Origin: Scyliorhinus canicula
Lineage: Eukaryota
DNA length: 64,000 nt
Direction: 5' to 3'
Assembly: GCF_902713615.1 (NCBI RefSeq)
Contig: NC_052156.1
Span: 141,898,404 to 141,962,403 of the forward strand
Shown here piece after piece: positions 60,271 through 64,000 of the stretch (positions are counted from its first letter, which is position 1; every line of letters starts with the position of its first letter). The notes under the pieces are model-generated. The model was not told where the DNA came from. It ran no database searches and saw only the letters and a program-made list of their open reading frames with translations. Both the position numbers and the translations under genes were made by a program.

Positions 60271-61485
60271 ATGGTCGGAGTCTATACCAAGAGAGCTGAT
60301 AAGATCCAGCCCCTTTTCAAATACAGGACACACACGGGGCTGGATTTTCCCTCTGGAAATGCAAAACAAAGGTCGGGACTACTTCTGGGTGCCAAATAAA
60401 CCCAGGGAGGAAACAGCCACTTATTGTGATTTTCACTAGATTGGCCCTTAATTGGCCTGGAGATAGGTTTGTCATCCAATTAAGGATGCCAGAAGGGCTC
60501 TCCAATCTAGAGGGCTAATCAGAAGCCTTTCAGTTTGAAAGGAGCAGCAGGTTTCAACAGAAGATAAGTACGAGAGAGGATTCTTCAAGCTGGAGGTGCC
60601 CGATGTCCAACTACTTAAAATTTTAAATCAAAAAATGGCTTTTGCAGCCAGACCATGCATGGTGGTAGAGGTAGAGTTCTGCATCGAAGCAGGGCCTCCA
60701 CGCCTGCCAGGTGCATGGGCTGATACACCTTCCCCCGCCCACTGGCCTGCCATTGTCTCCTGTCATCTGTAGAAGCCGGAAGCCCCGTGAAAAATTCTAG
60801 TCAATCTTTGTTAATTGGCCTAAAGTGGCTCTTAGTGAATGTGATTGGCTACTCTCAGCCCCTAAAAGTGCCAATGTGAAAATGGCCCGCAGGTGGAGCT
60901 GGGAAACCGGCAGGCCGCACGGAGGGCTATTTGTAGCCCTCACTTGTCTCAGCTCTGGGGATTGGAAATCAGGCCCCAAGTGTCAGCAGGAGATTGAACT
61001 GTCGGAACAACACAGTAGTGCTGAATCCTGTCTTTACCTAGTGTCCACGCATGCAGAGGTCTGTTCATAGCAATCAAGAGCTGCTTCCCCACCCAAATTC
61101 AAGGGACACTTAGGACAATTTTAGCTATTTTCCTGTCATCCAAAATCAGCAAACTCAGCTCAGACTGGGAATCAAAATAGGGGACTTCCTTGGTCAGTAT
61201 GCCTCAATTTCACACTAGGCACTTCACTTACCAACTAAATCACAGTTTACTAAAAATACCTTATTTTTAGGGGTGGCAACACCCATGGTCATCCACGCAA
61301 AATAAGCGTTTTCAGGAAATGGTAGAATTTTCTGTATACGAGGCCATACAGTGAGGTGGTGTGGAGAAAATACTGATGAGGAATGTCTCACACTTGTTCC
61401 TTCGTAAAATAAAATCCAAAACCAGTTCAGAAATACTGATGCTAGAAATATTTTTGTTTTGGTAACTGGCTGCTCAAAAGTCATT

Positions 61486-62103
61486 GGGTGGGATTCTCCG
61501 TTTCTGAGACAAAGGGCGCGATTCTCCACCCCCCACGCCGGGTGGGAGAATAGCGGGACGGCCTCCCGACATTTTTTCAAGCCTTCCCGCTATTCTCACC
61601 CCCCCACACCCGACCCACGCCACGAATCGCCGCTCGCCGTTTTTTACGGCGAGCGGCGATTCTCCGAGGCCGATGGGCCGAGCGGCCGGGCCTTCACGCC
61701 CGTTTCAACACGGCAGCAAACACACCTGCTCGCTGCCGTCATGAAACGGACGCCAGATGCCCGTTTGGGACATCTGGGGGCCCGATTGGCACGGCAGTAC
61801 CACGGCCGTGCCAAGGGGGCCGTGCGTCCGTAACGGACGCACTCTTTTCCCTCTGCCGCCCCGCACGATCAAGCCGCCACGTCTTGCGGGGCGGCGGAGG
61901 GAAAAGACGCCAACTGCACATGCGCGCGTGCGGCCTTGACGACCGTCGTCGAGGCCGCGCCGCCGTGACGCACGGGGCCGCGCTCCTAGCCCCGCCCGGG
62001 GGGGGGAGAATCGGCCCCGGAAGTGGGCGTAAAGGCTGCCATGGGTCACGGCCTGTCCCACGGCAGCCTTTACGATTCTCCGCATTTGCGGAGAATCTCG
62101 CCC
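61486..62103. mobile_element. Harbinger-type MITE
   Basis: TIRs GGGTGGGATTCTCCG / CGGAGAATCTCGCCC, very CpG-rich. Confidence 0.8.
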
Positions 62104-62906
62104 TAAGTGTTGATGTCAACGCAGAATCCGTGGACTTATATGACAAAAAAACTGATGCCTCACCTGGATCGATTCCGCTACCATTAAGAGGCTAGCACCG
62201 GTGTTGCGTGGAACACAATCGATTCCAATGAAAAATGATGCGGGATTCACCGTGTCCATGATCGACACTCGGGAGGCTGACAAGCTGCAGCTGCACATAC
62301 ACATTACACTCCCCACACACATTTAACCCATCCAAAAAGTTGCCACTGGTTGTGCTGGAGCACGCCAATACATCTGATGGCACTAGGTTCAAAGTGGGCT
62401 GTTAGTGGTGTGCGCAGCTGCATGGCTGCCTTGCCAGCTGCGGCAATGGTGTTCCACGCCCATACACCCCGACTCCACAGCCCACCTCCTGGCCACCCCC
62501 ACTACTCCCGCTGGCCCTGGCGACGCAACTGTCAGCAAACATGGCGATGTTGAACAACTTCTGTATCCCCCATGTCTCCCTCAACAGCCGCCACGCCTGT
62601 TTCACGATTTTTAAAAGCACAAGTGAACCACACTGTCGAGAACTCGGACGATCGGAGGGGGGAAAATCGCGGAGGCCCCGGAGAATACCAGGTCGGGTCC
62701 GCTAATGATATGCAAACAGTGTCTACTGTAAGTGCGTTCCGGAACGCTTTGACGCCGCTGTTGAGGTACTGGAGCATTGCAATTTGGTGTCACATTGGCG
62801 CCTGCCGCGATTTCGGGGTCAGAACTGATTCTCCGCCCAATTGCCAACGGAGAATCCTGCACAATGGATATGCACTGTCACCTTGCTGTGAAAAGAAAAA
62901 AATGAT

Positions 62907-63540
62907 TGGCTGAATTCTCCATTGCCCGACGCCGATATCGTTATCGGCGATTGGGAGGAAAATAGACTCCGACGGCCAAATCAGGGCCGCGCTGTTTTGA
63001 CGCCAGTCAGTCTTGCTCCGCCCCACTCGGAAATGGCATAATCTTGTTGCGCACCACTGCAACGCCATTGGAGCGTCATCGGCCGGCCCTCCCGCGATGC
63101 TCCGCCCCGGTAGGCCGAGTTCCCAGAGGCGCGGGACACGTGTGGTCTACGCCGTGCAGGAACCCGGCCTGGCAGCTGCGGACAGTGCCGGGATCCATGC
63201 TGCTGACCGGAGGGGCTTCCACGAGGGCTGGGGGGACTGTTGTGGGGTAGCCAGGGGTGGGCTGTGGGGTCACAGACGGTGGGTCGGGTCGGCGCATGGC
63301 CGGCGCCATGTTGTACGGTGTGACCGCTGCAGGTCGTCAGCTGTGCGCATGCGCGGCCATGGACCCGGCCATTCTCCTGCCGTTTTCGGCATGGGAGCTG
63401 GGAGTTTCACCCGCCGCTGTTGTTAGCCCCTCACTGGTCCCGGAATCGGTGAGGGGTTGGCGCCAATCTTTTCATCGTAAACCTCCCGCGAGTTCTTCGT
63501 TCGAGCCGGCACTTAGCCACTGAAACGGAGAATCCAGCCC
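62907..63540. mobile_element. Harbinger-type MITE
   Basis: TIRs TGGCTGAATTCTCC / GGAGAATCCAGCCC, GCGCATGCGC core. Confidence 0.8.
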
Positions 63541-63798
63541 GAGATTCTTCTTTGGGAAAATAGCAACTTCAGCATTGAGGCATGTTTGTCGGATATATTT
63601 TTACAGCATAGAGTTAAGAGGCAAATTCTTAATGCGAGTGGAGTAAAATCATCAATCTAGCTAATTCTAGAAGTTATTGATTCTGACAAGAAGCGGAGAC
63701 ATGTTCTCCAGCGTACCAATCCATTCAATGTAAGTGACCATCAAATACGCGCCGTTTCTTTAATAGTCGAAAAGGGAAATGATGCAAGAGCGACATAC

Positions 63799-64000
63799 CT
63801 TGGTTCATAGGCTCCAATGGGAATGGCAGCAAGGTCAAACGGTCCATATCGTTTCCCTATTTGTTCAAAGGCCACACAGTAACCTGTATCACCAGCAAAA
63901 AAGAATCTGTTCCAGGGTCCCAGAACACACCAACTTCCCCACAGCACCTTGTTATCGTCTGTTACAGTCCGTTTGCTCCAGTGTTGCACAGGTGTAAACA
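63799..64000 (-). CDS. NAPEPLD: NAPE-PLD internal coding exon (continues beyond the window), metallo-beta-lactamase fold
   Basis: [66 protein letters not shown](R), donor AG|gtatgt (phase 2). Confidence 0.97.

Overview
Vertebrate genomic DNA, almost certainly from a cartilaginous fish (inferred from the HE1/V-SINE-type SINEs and the CR1, Rex1/Babar and Harbinger repeat set; catshark-like). Two host genes converge tail-to-tail. The last coding exon of ARMC10 lies on the + strand at 4782-5030. The last three coding exons of NAPEPLD lie on the - strand at 63799-64000 (partial), 53917-54031 and 11330-11455, and its final intron is 42,461 bp. Nearly everything else that can be identified is transposable element: RTE, several CR1s, L1, Tx1, Rex1/Babar, a Gypsy remnant, a solo LTR, a hAT element, three SINE types and many GC-rich Harbinger-type MITEs. 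The most notable structure is a nested cluster at about 32-39 kb. There a young 5'-truncated CR1 with an uninterrupted 920-codon chimeric RT ORF sits head-to-head, across a 264-bp CpG-rich transposon end, with a potentially spliceable three-exon Harbinger Myb/SANT gene. Other points of interest are SINEs carrying either a CR1-type or a Rex1/Babar-like tail, a CR1 5' fold-back junction, and an inverted MITE pair between the two gene ends. All family calls come from motif recognition by eye, with no database searches. No new system is demonstrated; the candidates are hypotheses.
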